This document shows positions 1 to 12,613 of a stretch of DNA of 64,000 bases, piece by piece (positions within the stretch are counted from its first letter, which is position 1; each line of letters opens with the position of its first letter). This DNA is from Lama guanicoe (taxonomy: Eukaryota), in contig MU056434.1 of NCBI GenBank assembly GCA_013239625.1, positions 496,001 to 560,000 on the forward strand, written 5' to 3'. Both the position numbers and the translations under genes were made by a program. The notes beneath the pieces were generated by a model. The model was not told the DNA's origin, searched no databases, and was given only the letters and a program-made list of their open reading frames with translations.

Positions 1-99
1 CTGAAGGAGAGGGATTCACAGGAGACGGGACACTGCCCAAGACCAAGTCAGGGTGAGGTCAGGCGGAGGAGCAGCCCACACTCAGGCCAGGAGAAAGCA

Positions 100-1330
100 G
101 ACGGGCCCGACATCTCCGCAACAGGTCCCCAGGACACTGTGAAAGGAGAGAAGACATAATGCGGGCAAGGTTCACATAATTAAAGAAGGACCAAGGGCCT
201 TAGGTTGAAAGGCCTCACCAAGTGCTGATGGGGTAAAGTGCAGAAAAGCTGATAACCAGACACTTTAGAATGAAATAGTCAGAATTTTCAGATATAAAAG
301 ACAAATACTGAAAATTTTTGAAGAACAAGAGCATATGACCTACAAAAGCAGACATGCCAAGATTCACAACAAAGTGGTGTTTTGAATATACTAGAAAAAA
401 ACCTCATTACCTACTTTTTAATCCAGCTGAAGAATTATTCACATAAAAGGCTATAACAAACAATGTCCCTAGGCTGCAAGACCTCAGAAGGTTTGCCACA
501 GGAAAGGTCCACCCTGAAAACGCCTGAGGGAAATACTAAAAGTGAGAAGAAATGAACCCAGACAATGTTAGAGGAGGTGTGGAGAACAATGAGACCAAGT
601 CTCTTGCTAAAGTTGATGGTGGTCTTAAAAAAAAATAAGGAAATGAAAAATATAAATGGTTTGAACTCGGCGATGAAAAAACAGACCATCAGATGAGATA
701 AAACAAAAGCCAGCCATGTGATGTTGGCACGAAACACAAACACGTAACAGAAAGGCTGAACGTTACAGGTGGAGAAAGATATGTTAGTAAATAGTAAAAA
801 AAGAGAAAGCCAGTATTTTATAATTATCAGAGAAAGCAGCCTTTGAGACAAAATCCATCTTGGGAGAAAGAGTCAGAAGAGAGGACAGAGCGGCCCTCAC
901 AGCGAGGTGTCCGTGTCAGTCAGTCAGTGAGGGCCAGCAAGGCACAGCCTCCGGGTTCCGGTGACTCAGCCTGCACGCTCAGCAAGCGTGACCTCCTGGA
1001 CGTGCGCAGACAGGGCGGGGCGCCCGCGGCTGGAGGGCGCGTTCTTCCCTGGCCTACACGAGGACGGGAGAAGCTGCTCTAACAGCAGAACCCAACAGAG
1101 CAGCAGGCATCGCGGGGATCATGGGCTGGCATGGGCCACAGTCGGCCGTCTGTTTTAACAGGAGAACAGGAAGCAGCCCCTGTTAGAGAACCTGGAAGAA
1201 TCGCAGCCGGTGACCCTGGTGTCCAACCAAGTCTGCGGGGAGGGAGGAAGGCAGGAAAAAGATGACTGACCGAGAACATTCGATAGAGAAGAGGAATAAA
1301 GACAAAAGCCAGTTTTTGGAAGAGACTAAA
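100..1330 (+). mobile_element. Ancient L1 (L1ME-like) relic, ORF1 to ORF2-endonuclease region
   Basis: A-rich degenerate L1-like sequence; agcaagcgtgacctcctggacgtgcgcaga resembles L1 EN-region aacaagcttgacctaatggacatatacaga. Confidence 0.55.
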
Positions 1331-1370
1331 AAGATATCGCTCTTGCAAGATTCATCAAGAAAGGGCAACA

Positions 1371-2300
1371 GCAAGTGTGAACAGACCTGTAACTAGCTAG
1401 GAGCCTGGACCAGCAACCAGACACAGCCCAACAGAGAAAAGCCTAGGACCGACCAGATGGCTTCACCGGTGAATTTTATCAAACATTTAAAGAACAATTA
1501 ACAACAATCCTCCACGTACTCTTTCTAAAGAACTGAAGAGGAGAGTGCATGTTCAGATTCACTCTACGAGGCCAGCATTACCCTGATGTCAAAGCCAGAC
1601 AAAGACACTGCAAGAAAAGAAAACAGACCAATGTCCCTTGTGAACACTGATGCAAAAATCCTGAACCAAATACTAGGGAACAGAAATTAAAAGCAAATTG
1701 AAACCAGTTTGTGATTTATTCCTGGAATGCAAGAGTGATTCAAGAAACTAAAATCAATCAATGTACTACACCACATTAATAGAATGTAGGAAAAAAAAAA
1801 ACACGGATCATCTCAATCAATGCAGAAAAAGCATTTGACAAAATTCAACACCCTTTTACTACTGAAACTCTAAAGAAACTGGTAATAGAAGGAAGTTATC
1901 TCAATAAAAATTAAGGCCATATGTGAAAAGCCCACAGCTAGCATCATTCTCAACGGTGAAAGACTGAAAGCTTTTGCTCTAAGGTCAGGAACAAGGCAAG
2001 GATGCCTTGTTTTGACCACTTCCATTCAACACAGTACTAAAGAGTCCTAGACAAAGCAATGAGCAAGAAAAAGAAATAAAAGGCACCCAAATTGGAAAAG
2101 AAGTAGTAAACATATCTGTTTGTAGACAACATAATTTTATACGTAAAAAACCCTAATGATTCCACCAAAAAAAAAAAGTTTGAACTAATAAATGAATTCA
2201 GTAAATCTGCAGAATATGAAATCAACACACACAAATCAGTTGCATTTTTATATACTAACAACGAACAATCTGAAAAAGAATAAAGAAAATAATTCCACAA
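1371..2300 (+). mobile_element. L1 ORF2 (reverse-transcriptase region) relic
   Basis: Typical motifs ccagatggcttcaccggtgaattt, gaggccagcattaccctgat, gcagaaaaagcatttgacaaaattcaacac, ggaacaaggcaaggatgcc; disrupted frame. Confidence 0.9.
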
Positions 2301-3459
2301 GTGGAAAAAAAAAGTCTCCCAGAAAAAATGAAGTCTGCCTTCCAACCTCCTCCTTTGAACTGGACGTGAAAGCCACCTTATGACCGTGAAGGGAATGGCC
2401 AAGAGGATCACAGAGATGCAGGCCACCTCTCACCTCCAAAGGACCCGCTCTGGAGGACAGACCAGAACCACTTCAGCCAAGGTTAGGGGACATCACGCAC
2501 CTGCAGCTGAGAGCATCTGTCATGGGTACTGGGATGTGAGCGGACCAATGACTGCAGGTAGTCTATCTACAGAAGGGGGATGCAGGCAGGGCCACACCGC
2601 TGTGCCCCCGGGAAGGTGGCCACAGGCTCTCTGGGAAAAGCCCTGCTGAGGGGTCCCACTTGGTGTTGGCATTAACAGCAGCAGCAGGAGGGAGCGGGAG
2701 GGTGAATGGCCGAGAACTGGTGGCTCGTCTGTGCCTTGTCCCCTGCGCCCCCTCCGTGTGCGCAGCTCTGGCAAACGCCTTGGCCTAAGGCTCCCCGAGT
2801 GGCAGCTGGGACTCAAGAGTGAAACCCCACAACCTGGCTGAGGGATGCTCTGTGGGGCACATGCCTACCTCCTGCTCATCGAGCAGACGGCATGTCAGGC
2901 TGCCCGGAGGGGAGGTGTGCTTGGAAATAGCTCCATCACTGCAGGTGATTCAGAACCACCCTTCCCAGTGAGGATGGGGGGACAAAGCTGGACCAAAGGA
3001 GGCAAATCGTAGAGAGCCAATGTGCTGGGATGAAGGGCGGGGCCAGGGTGTGGGGGAGGGAGACATGCGAGGGACACCTTTGCCTTGGGAGCAAGTACTA
3101 ACACGAGAGAGACCAAGTGACCTTGTCAGGCTTGAGAGCTGGCGGGGGGTGGGGTGGGGTGGGGGTGGTGCAAAGCAGGGCCCTGAGGCCCATGGAAAGT
3201 GGGGGTCCTTCCTTGGTGCTGGTATCCCAAAGGGATGCAGCCTAGAAGAAGGGTGAACTGGCAGTAAACCAGCCTCTGCACCAGCTGGTGCTCAGTGTGG
3301 AAAGTTCCCAGGCAGCCGGGAAACCTCCCTCCCTGAACTGGGCGGAAGAGACCCTGCAGCACCGGGGCCTTAAGAGCTGGTGCGGCAGCAACTACAAGTG
3401 TGCCATGGACATGGTGACGTCCCCTGAGGCCCAAGCCGCTCCCACAAGTAGTTCTTCTA

Positions 3460-3965
3460 ACACCATGTCCAGCAGACAGGTGAAAATAACCAGGCCACAA
3501 GGAGATAAGATCACTCGAACAAGAACTGGCAGAAACATTTACAGGCAAAGGGCTCCTGATGCTAAGCCATCAGACACAACTTTAAAATAAAACAACTAAG
3601 TTTACTGTGCTCAAAGGAAAAAAAATTGGGGGGGGAATTAAAACTGTAAAAATTGATACAGCCAATTTTAAAAAGGGATGTCATGGCATCTCTCTGATGA
3701 CAAAGAAAAAGAAAGGGAAGACAGAGTCAGAGAAGAACCAAGCCCACAGAATGACAGATACTGAACCTTCAAAGCACTAAGGGAGGACCCCAAAAGAATT
3801 CAAGCAACAGAAATCAGATTTGCCACAGGTTTTAGCAACAGCAGCAAACACTGAAAGTCTGTGGCACAACACCTTCAATTGTCCAAAGGGAACTGGCTTG
3901 AACTTAGGATGCTATGAACTAACCAAATAAAGATCTATTGCAATAAGACAGAAATGGAATAAAAA
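3460..3965 (+). mobile_element. Degenerate L1/HAL1 ORF1-like relic
   Basis: A-rich, caccatgtccagcagacag...aaaataaccagg pattern typical of old L1 ORF1 starts. Confidence 0.35.
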
Positions 3966-3989
3966 TACCGGAGTCCAAGGACACACCAT

Positions 3990-4810
3990 GGCCTTCAGCA
4001 TTCTCCCAGGACTAAGCGCCAGTCCTTCCGGCCTCATCTGTCTTACCTGTCCTCCCATGGCCTTTGCTCAGCTGTTCCTTTTACACTGCAGGCCTCACAC
4101 CTCAGGGCCTTTGTACCTGCTGTTCCCTCTGCCGGATGTTCATCCCCAGGTACCTGCCCACACCTCTGCTCGATCCAGCTGGATGTCCGTGATCGCCCAA
4201 CATAACACCTGCTCGTGTGCTGCAGCCCCTGCCCTCTTCCCGCCCCACACGGTACCTGCACCTGCTCCCCTCAGGAAGCGGGGCCCCGGGCCTAGACCTC
4301 TCCCAGCAGCTGCTCAAGGACCAAATGGAGCTGTGGCGTCACCCCTGGATCCACTCCCCCAACTGGCTTCTTTAACACGTCAACCACCACACCCGTGTCC
4401 CCAAATGCGAGCCAGAAATCCCATCTCTGAGGCTTCATTACATTCCTTATTCTTGTCTCTCACTGCTCCACCGCCACCCACCCACTCCTGTTGGTTCTGT
4501 TTCCAAAATGCATCTTGAATTGGTTTCTCTTCCCCCTTCCATGGCCACCACATGGACCGAAGTCACCTTCAGCCACGGCCAGGACCACCACAAACCAAGC
4601 CCCGACCCGCCTGCAGCGTCAGTTCACGTCGCCTCTGTGCAAACTCCTCCAGAAGCTCCCGCTACCCGGGACTACACTGCCAGCTCCTCCCAAGGCCCCT
4701 GCCCTCCTGCTTCAGGTCACACCTCCCTTCGGTCGATGATGTTCCAGCCACAGCAGCCTCTGCATCTGCTGTCACCTCTACCAAGGGCTGCCTAGGTCTC
4801 TCCTTGGTTT
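3990..4810 (+). mobile_element. L2 LINE remnants
   Basis: ctcagggcctttgtacctgctgttccctctgcc and ttccaaaatgcatcttgaat resemble L2 3' region. Confidence 0.45.
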
Positions 4811-5098
4811 CATCTGGAAAGCCCTCCTCCCTGGAGGCAGGTGGAGGGCAGCGGGAGCTGTTGGAGGAGTGGGGAGCCCTCCCCGCCCCCTGGCACACCT
4901 GTCTTGCTGCTCTGCTCAGCAGAAGCCCCCGTCGACAGCTATCCTATTGACTGAACTGCTTCCGTGCTGAGGCTGGGGCCCACAGCAGAGCTGCAAAGCT
5001 AATGGGGAAGCGTTTCAAAGCACTCAGGCAGCCTGCTACATCTCCCCCTGCACTTCCCAAGAGAGAATTCTTGCGGCAAGAAGGAAAGGAGCACCTAC

Positions 5099-5127
5099 CA
5101 CCACTGTGGACTCCCACTGGCTTCCAG
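5099..5127 (-). CDS. HIRA: HIRA exon 24, readable 3' part only (GSQWESTVV); the 5' part is in the gap at 5128-5256
   Basis: GGA AGC CAG TGG GAG TCC ACA GTG GTG|gtaggt; abuts the N run. Confidence 0.92.
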
Positions 5128-5256
5128 NNNNNNNNNNNNNNNNNNNNNNNNNNNNNNNNNNNNNNNNNNNNNNNNNNNNNNNNNNNNNNNNNNNNNNNNN
5201 NNNNNNNNNNNNNNNNNNNNNNNNNNNNNNNNNNNNNNNNNNNNNNNNNNNNNNNN
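5128..5256. other. Assembly gap (129 N) covering the 5' part of HIRA exon 24
   Basis: N run begins inside the exon. Confidence 0.95.
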
Positions 5257-6866
5257 ACCAAGGACATGCTACGCTGCACAACACAGAATGAACAAATGCT
5301 GTCTCTGCTGCCTGTGTCTCAGTTTAGGGCGCCGAGGCCTAGAGGACAGGTTCTCACCACTCACCCCGCTCCCCAACCACACAGGAAGTGGCGCAAGGGC
5401 AGGCAAGAGTGGCAGTGGGGACAGGCCCCAGGGGATGGACAGTGAGGGCGCTGTGGCAGGAAAGGAGGGCAGCAGGGTCTGTCTGGGAGAAGGCGTCTTG
5501 GCAGGAGGTGGAATGGAAGAGCAGGGTGAGGGGGCAGCCCCCAGAGAAGAGGTGGCGGGGGGAGGGGAGTTTGCACCCAGAAGAGGGCTTGGGCTACGGG
5601 CACTGCCAGGGCAGAGCCTGGGGTCTGTTGGCACTGGGGTAGCTGAGGCCCAGAGGATGGATAAATCACCTCAAGGTGAGGGTGGAGAAGGACGGTTGAA
5701 GATGGACCTGAGGACTTCGGGACGAGAGCAGGGCCTCCCTTCCAAGCCTGAGAACTCCTTCTCTGGCAGAGGATGCCAGGGATGGCGGGGAAGAGAACCC
5801 CTGCATGGACCTGGGGTAGACGTGTGAAGAGGAAGAGGAGCCAGCAGTGGAGGTGACCCCACATCGTGCAGCCCAGATGACACCCAGGGTGAAGCAAACC
5901 GGCGGAAGCGGAGCCAAGGTTTCCCCGGGAAAGCTGAGGAGGCCCGGACGCGGCCGAGTCTGCACCAAACTCATCCCTGGGCTCCGTGGAGGAGGAGGTC
6001 TGGCCACCTGACCCATGAGCTCTCGGAGTTACACCCTTAGGAGTTTGGCATGTTTTTCTCTGGCTCTTCTATACTTAATTTGTTTTCTCTAAACCGTAAA
6101 ACAGGGAAGGTGTCGACAGCATAGCCTGAAGGCAGGAGAGGCTGTGGGGGGCCTGCTCTGTGCCCAGGCCAGAGGCTGCATGGAGACACAGGGGAGCTGG
6201 GGAGGCCCTGGAGGCCGAGCCCAAGTGGAAGACGGCTGGTAAGGCCAGACCCCAAGTGGGCCTCAAAGGGGGATGAGAGGCCGCAGGTCACCCCCGAGAA
6301 CAGGACGGCCACCTCCTCCAACACCTTGCTTCCTGCTGACCAGCAGAGGAGGTGGGGGTGCGGGTGGGAGGGATACCGGGAGGCGGCACAGGGGCTAGGA
6401 GCCCCGGCAGGGAAAGCGTGGCTGGGGGCCACGGTGCAATGCCAGACACAGGCTGACCCTTCCAGGCCAGGAGGGGCTCAGAGGAGGGAGAGGCACAGGC
6501 CCAGATGTGGGCAGAAGGCACCGTCCACTGATGCTGCCAGGGGTGATGGGCGCAAGCTGAGCTCACGCCTGTGCCTTCTGGGAGGGTTTCCATGTGCCCT
6601 CTTCTCCCACCCCCTTCTGCCGCCAAGCCTCCTGTCCTCATGGGCTACCCCTCTTGGCCCCAGTGGGGCTGGATGCTTGCTGAGCTGCCCACTTTGCTGA
6701 CGGGGGTGGGAGGCCAGGGCTCCTGGGGGTGACCGTGGGAGACCAGGGGTGGGAGCACAGAGACCTGGGCCATGCACCTCGGCTGGACTCGTGGGCCTTC
6801 AGGAGGGTCGTGCTGGGGCAGGGACTGAGCCACGCTGGGCGGGTAGAGGGGCGCTGGGAACCTCAC

Positions 6867-7030
6867 CTTCGTTCACGAGGTACCGTGCATAGAGCAGAAG
6901 CCAGTGGCGGTACTCATGGCTGGACTGCAGGGTGAGCGCCGCGGCGACCTGGCTCTCCAGGTAGGCCAGGGTGGTCTCCTGCTGCACCACATGAGGCACA
7001 GAGAAGAGTCGGGCCGCCTGCCGCCCCGAA
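6867..7030 (-). CDS. HIRA: HIRA exon 23 (SGRQAARLFSVPHVVQQETTLAYLESQVAAALTLQSSHEYRHWLLLYARYLVNEG)
   Basis: ctgcag acceptor, gtgagg donor, 164 nt. Confidence 0.97.
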
Positions 7031-7439
7031 CTGCAGAGGACAGCAGAGCACAGGTCACATGGCCGCCACCACGTACCTGGCACCAGCAGGAAGCCAGCAG
7101 CAGGGCAGGCATCAGACTCCACCCCGGCCCAACTGAGCTGGAGCCCCAGCTCTGGGCCCCCTGGCCGCTCTGCTCCCCCTCTATCCCCTGGGGGGACAGG
7201 CTAGCAGCCCACTCCCCCACCCAAGACGCCACCCAACATGAGGACAGAGGACCTGCAGACCCACAGACTGCCACCTGGGCCCCCAAGTGAGGCTAGCGCC
7301 CAGCATCCTAGACAGCGCCGGACACTTGGCGCCTCTGGGTGCCCGTGCAGAGGGCCACTGGGCCCCGAAGATGGGCAGTCTGAGGTGGGCCTGGGTGGGG
7401 CTGCGTGCACAACCTGTACCCCTTGCTTGGGTCACCTAC

Positions 7440-7562
7440 GTGGAGGCGCGTCCCTGGACTGTGGCTAAGGGTCCTGAGCACAGCATAGCGTCCTGGGGGT
7501 GCAGGCTGCTCCTGAAGTCTGCACACTGGGCCAGGGAGTCCTGCTTGTCGGAAACCAGGTTC
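7440..7562 (-). CDS. HIRA: HIRA exon 22 (NLVSDKQDSLAQCADFRSSLHPQDAMLCSGPLATVQGRAST)
   Basis: acccag acceptor, gtaggt donor, 123 nt. Confidence 0.96.
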
Positions 7563-8661
7563 CTGGGTGGGGCAGAGAAAGTACAGAGCTCAAGAGAACC
7601 AGGAGTTCCAACAGAGGAGGCTGAGCACCCCCATGTGCCCACCTCAGGGCTCCCTAAGGCAGCATTCTTGATTAGGACTCTAATGACAATGCGGGGCACC
7701 GACGCTGCTGCCGCGACCACTCAGGCCAGGCTTGGGTCCTGGGGCCGGGACCGTGTGAGGGGATGTTCTTCCCTGAGCTCCCCTGGCAGCCCAGCCATCA
7801 GACCTGCACTTTCTCTGGCCCCTCACGTCTCTGTTGAGAAAACATTCTTCACGTGGTTTACAGACAGCCTGGTGCCTTTGTGCAAGCGTCCGAGATGCAG
7901 AGTCAGCATTCCCCTTCCTAAATAACCAGCTTGTTCCCATTATACCAATCACATGTAATACACAGCACTTTACAGCTGGCAAGAGCAGGGAGTGGGGACT
8001 TTTAGTTTCCTAGCCCAAGAAAGAGATCTTAGTGTGAGGATAAACTTCTGTCTGGCAGCTCTTAACAGAAAAGGGCTGGAGAGGGACAAGCTTGCGCCTG
8101 GAGGACCACAGGTACACCCTTCTGGGTCTGAGTGAGGGTCTCTGACGTGTAGAGATTTCATAAACACAGAAAAGGGCCCCACATTCCAAAATGAGCAGAA
8201 ACACGGTGCAGACACTCAGATCACCACAGACATGGTGAGTGCCATTACCCCTGGCTCCTCCTGAGCTACAGAACTTGCCCAGGGCTGGTGGGACTGCCGT
8301 GAAGCTGACCCGCTGATGGCCGAGGAGGCTGGGCTGGGAGCATCTACCGAGAACCATGACAGCCTTCCGATGCCTATTCCACACAGAGGGACCCGGAGAA
8401 CATGCAAGGAAGGAAGGCCCCCACCATGCAGGGTCTGAAGTGAAGGGGCTGCGGGACCAGCTGCCGGCGGGGAGGGGCGTGGGCTGTACTGGTGGGTTTG
8501 AGCTCGGCCTCCTCCAGCAGACAGGGCCCGGGGCTGTCACTGCCGCTCCACTCCAGCGCCCAGCTCCCAGGAGGAGGGGCCAGGCAAGGGCCTCTGCTCG
8601 CTGCTCTGGGCTCCAGTTGAGACAGACACCCCATGGGGCAGGGCCAGGGCGGCAGGCTTAC

Positions 8662-8767
8662 CACGTAGACAGTGATGGATTGAAGCAGTAGGCCTTCCCA
8701 TCGGACAGGTTCATCACAGGGATCCCGTGCTGCGTCAGCAAGATCTGTGACACCGTCATATCACTCC
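8662..8767 (-). CDS. HIRA: HIRA exon 21 (SDMTVSQILLTQHGIPVMNLSDGKAYCFNPSLSTW)
   Basis: ttcccag acceptor, gtaagc donor, 106 nt. Confidence 0.97.
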
Positions 8768-8983
8768 CTGGGAAGACACCCGCGAGTGGGTTTCATGGCG
8801 TCATCCCTGGCAAGAGCTCGCGCGTATGGGGGGCAGGAGGGTGTCTGAGCCGCTGCTCCGCTCTGCCAGCTGAGCTCACTGCCACCCTCTCCTTCCAAGC
8901 CTGCCCCAGGGCCTGGCTTCCACTTTGCTGAGCGGAGCCCTTCGCGCCAGATCTGGACTTGGGCTGCCCTGCCCCCGGCTCAC

Positions 8984-9042
8984 CTGCCAAGATGGAGTGC
9001 AGAGACTCCTCCTTCACCACCACCACCTGCCTGTGAACATCC
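8984..9042 (-). CDS. HIRA: HIRA exon 20 (DVHRQVVVVKEESLHSILAG)
   Basis: tcctag acceptor, gtgagc donor, 59 nt. Confidence 0.96.
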
Positions 9043-9481
9043 CTAGGAGGGAGACAGGGCTAGGGTGAGGGTGCACCAGAGCAGGCCTTTGAGCTCAGAC
9101 CCCACCGCATGGGCCCTGGGCCAGTCCTTGTCTGGCCTCCCCCAAGAGGGGCTCTGGCCACAAGTGGCTTCCACACCCCCAGGCCTCTGCGCGAGTCCAG
9201 GGCAGAGCCCGGAGCTGTGGGCTCGGCCCCAAAGCCACACTGACTCAGGAGCAGCAGGGCCCTAAGATCCCATTTCTGAGGTGGGCACACGCGATCAGGC
9301 CCTGTGACCTCATGTGGTTTGCGCCTGTATGGACAGTGTGGGGCAGGCCGCCCACCCCCACTTCTGCCACCCACAAGCAAAGGCCAGGCACTCTGGGCCT
9401 CCTTGGTGTTAAGACCCCCAGGCGTGTCCCGGCAGTGAGGGGGACCTGCGCAGCCCCCCCTGCCTGCCTGGAGCCTCTCAC

Positions 9482-9643
9482 CAGACAGACAGCGTGGCCG
9501 CAGCAGTGAGCGCCATGACGTAGGAGCCGGTGCAGTGCAGAGTGGAGATCGGGGACGGCAGGAGGATGGGAGGGAGCAGGCGGCGACCGCAAGCGGAGAA
9601 CACGGACAGCGTCCTCTTTTCACAGGCCACACACACCACGTCA
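9482..9643 (-). CDS. HIRA: HIRA exon 19 (DVVCVACEKRTLSVFSACGRRLLPPILLPSPISTLHCTGSYVMALTAAATLSVW)
   Basis: ctctcag acceptor, gtgaga donor, 162 nt. Confidence 0.96.
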
Positions 9644-11019
9644 CTGAGAGGGCAGACAGGGGACAGTGTCATGGGGGTTGGGGCTGGGACAGCCCCGAAG
9701 GAGTCAAGCTTCCCTCTGCCGGGATCTGCCCGGGGGACCCCCGCTGGGATGCTCACCTTTCCTGAGCTCAAGTGACCCAGTGGGGCGGGCATTCGGAGCA
9801 CCAGCGCCCCCAGCAGTGTGCTGGGTCACACACCTCAGTGCCGGGCTCAGCCACAGCACCCCTTTGACAATCTCCTGCTAAGACTCACCAGGCCAGCCCG
9901 AGAAGGGCTTGGCCAAGACAGGAAAGTCCCACTGCTGAGCTCAGGGGGCCAAGACCGGGGTGGGAGAGAGGGTCACTCGCTGAGCAAAGAACGCTCCACT
10001 CTGAGTGTGGGTGCCGTCAAGGATCCCTGCCTGAGCGGCCACCAGGCCCCTCGGGTGTGCCCAGCACAAGCAGGCTGCTGCCTTCCCAGTGGACTCCCAC
10101 AAGGCCCCCACCACAGACCCCCAGAAGTGGGAGCAGGTGTGCAGACTACTGGACGGTGCCCAGAGCACTGCTGTTCGCTCAGCCAGCGCCTGTGTTCTGC
10201 ACGGGCAGCAGGCTCGCAGCAGGTCAGGTAAGGAAGCTCTGCTGGCTGCCTGTCCTCGGGGTGGGAGGCTGTGCCCACACACCTGGGCCCCCAGCTGGGG
10301 CGCACCAATGGCCTCAGGACCAGGGACAGGAGGGAGGACAGAAGGGTGGCTCCTTCCTGGTACCATACGCTCACTCAAGGCCAAGTCCGCAGACATTTGT
10401 GGAAGCGTTTCACACGCAGCCCCGTGGTAACTGATTCGGGGTCTAATGGAAACGACCACCTCTGCAAAACCGTCGTGAGAGCATGGAGCACACGGGCCCC
10501 ACTGGGGCCGTCCACCCCCGGGCTCCAGAGGAAAACACTTATCCTCTTTCCAGACCGAGGGAACGCATGGCATAGAGGTCCACGGGAAGACACTGGGTGA
10601 CAAACCACCGAATTAAGGTCTCTACTCAGAGGGCAGAATATAGAAAGGGCTGGCCTGGGGACTTGGGGGACAGTCAGAAGTCCGTGCCAACTTCCCTGGA
10701 TGAAAACCTGGGGTACAGAGAAAAAGCCAGCCCAGGTCAGAGAAAGCCAGGCAGAGTCCAGACTGGAAACAGGGACCTTGTAGATCTGGCCGGCGTGGGG
10801 ATCAGAACACGCCCAGGGGAAATCCTGGCTTAGGTGACCATCTAGAACATGGAGGGGACAGTGCCACCTCTGCGGGGTGTCACAAGGACCCAGATGACAT
10901 GCGCACAACCTCGGCCTGGAGCAAGGCCGGGCGCAGGCCTCCCGTGGGCAGCACCCCTCAGAAGGGCACCTCCCAGGACGGCATGGCTGGGGCAGGCTGG
11001 GCAAAGACCCTGCTCTCAC

Positions 11020-11168
11020 CAACTGCCAGCAGCGGTGAGAATCCGGCTGGTGAGCACCGTCTCCCACTCCTTCCCTTCCCGGTTACACTTCAAGCGGCTC
11101 AGCTTCAGTCCCCCGACCGCCGTCACGTCGTTCTCCACCTCGATGTACATGGAGGGGTCAGAGCTTAC
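11020..11168 (-). CDS. HIRA: HIRA exon 18 (VSSDPSMYIEVENDVTAVGGLKLSRLKCNREGKEWETVLTSRILTAAGSC)
   Basis: ctcccag acceptor, gtgaga donor, 149 nt. Confidence 0.96.
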
Positions 11169-12613
11169 CTGGGAGGGGAAAGCAGACAGAATGTCTTTAG
11201 GCAACGTGGGCCCCTCGGATGTGGGCCAAGGATGGGAAAAGGACACGAAGAGGCAGAGCGAGCCGGCTGGCTGGCAGGAGGATGGAGGTGTGGGTGGTCA
11301 GAGGAGGCAGGAGGGCCAGAGGTCCCAGCGTACAGCCTGGGGCACTTGGGTAGGGACCATGCTGGGAGCTGGCTCCCACCCTGTACTCCGTGCTGCAGGG
11401 CAGAGAATCAATGTCACAGTTGAAGATCCCACAGCCTCCAGATCCCCCACTTCCCCTCATAAGGGAGAAGGCACAGAAGGCAAGCATGTGAGCACCCTAG
11501 CCTGTGGGGCGAGAGCGGGGAGACACAGGTCTCCCGCCTCCTAACTGAAGGTCTTCAGGGACCTTGAGAACAGTCTGTGCGGGAGCTTGGAGGGAGGCCT
11601 GGAAAGCCGAGGCTCGCCAGTTCCCCAGGTGGGCACCTCAATGTGCTCCTGGGTCCCATGTCACAAGCGTCCCCAGGAGAGCGTGGGGAGATGGGCTCAG
11701 GCAGCGCCTGGCTCCACACGGGCTCGGCCTCACACGCTGTGTCCATGGCGCTGACGAACAGATGCTCTATGTGGAGAACCAGGCGAGCAGTCTGCCTTCA
11801 TGGCCATGAGCAGATGAGTGGGGGTGGAGGGCCCAGGCACACCTGCAGGCCCCCAGAAGCCAAGAACGGCCCCAAGCAGCACTCAGCAGGGGGTCCCAGA
11901 TGAGTCTGGGAGGGGGATTTGTGTGACAAGAAGCAGCCAGGTGGCCCCAGCCTTAGGCCCAGACGGACTTGTGGCAGGGAGCCAACCCCGGCCCTCTGGC
12001 CCCGCTGAGGACCAGCCTGGGCTGGGGCAGGACACGGTCCACCTGCACAAGGGGTCCTGCAAGGATACGAAACTGAGCTGCGGAACAGGGCGTGGGCGAT
12101 GGCGTGCACAGGCCTGGCACAGGTGCTAGGCTCAGTGCCCAGAGCGCCTCTGGGCATGAAGGACTATTTGCTCTAGATCTGGGTTTCCAATAAACATGTG
12201 GCCACACACTTCGCCCCAGAGCTCAGATGGCCCTGATGACGACCCCACACTGGGTGCTGGGAAGCTGGCACAGACCACTACAGTCCAGCGGGCACTGGGC
12301 CCAGGGCGAGTGCGGAGATCGAGCCCCCAGGAGAAGGGATGCCTGGACTGGAGCTTGACAGAGCTGGGCTCCCAGAAGGTGGCAGCAGGGACTCGGAGGG
12401 CAGAGCCCTGGAGGAGAGAGAGGTGTGCAGGGTGGTGAAGTGAGGCCTAGAGAAGAGTCTAGTCATCTTGCTGAGACCAGGTGGGTGGTTTGATCAGCTC
12501 CGACTCGCCCGGAAGGTGGTGGAGGGCACCTGAAAGCAGCCCTGAGCCCTGAGTCTGTGACGCTCAGAGTTCACTCTGCATGGTGGTGCAGGCTTGGGAG
12601 GGAGGGGGCTCAC

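Noticed and set aside
1-5090. Search for the terminal HIRA exon (about GLRKRELLKELLPVIG...)
   Set aside because: Not found; the region is L1/L2 debris, so the exon most likely lies left of the window. Not evidence of gene truncation
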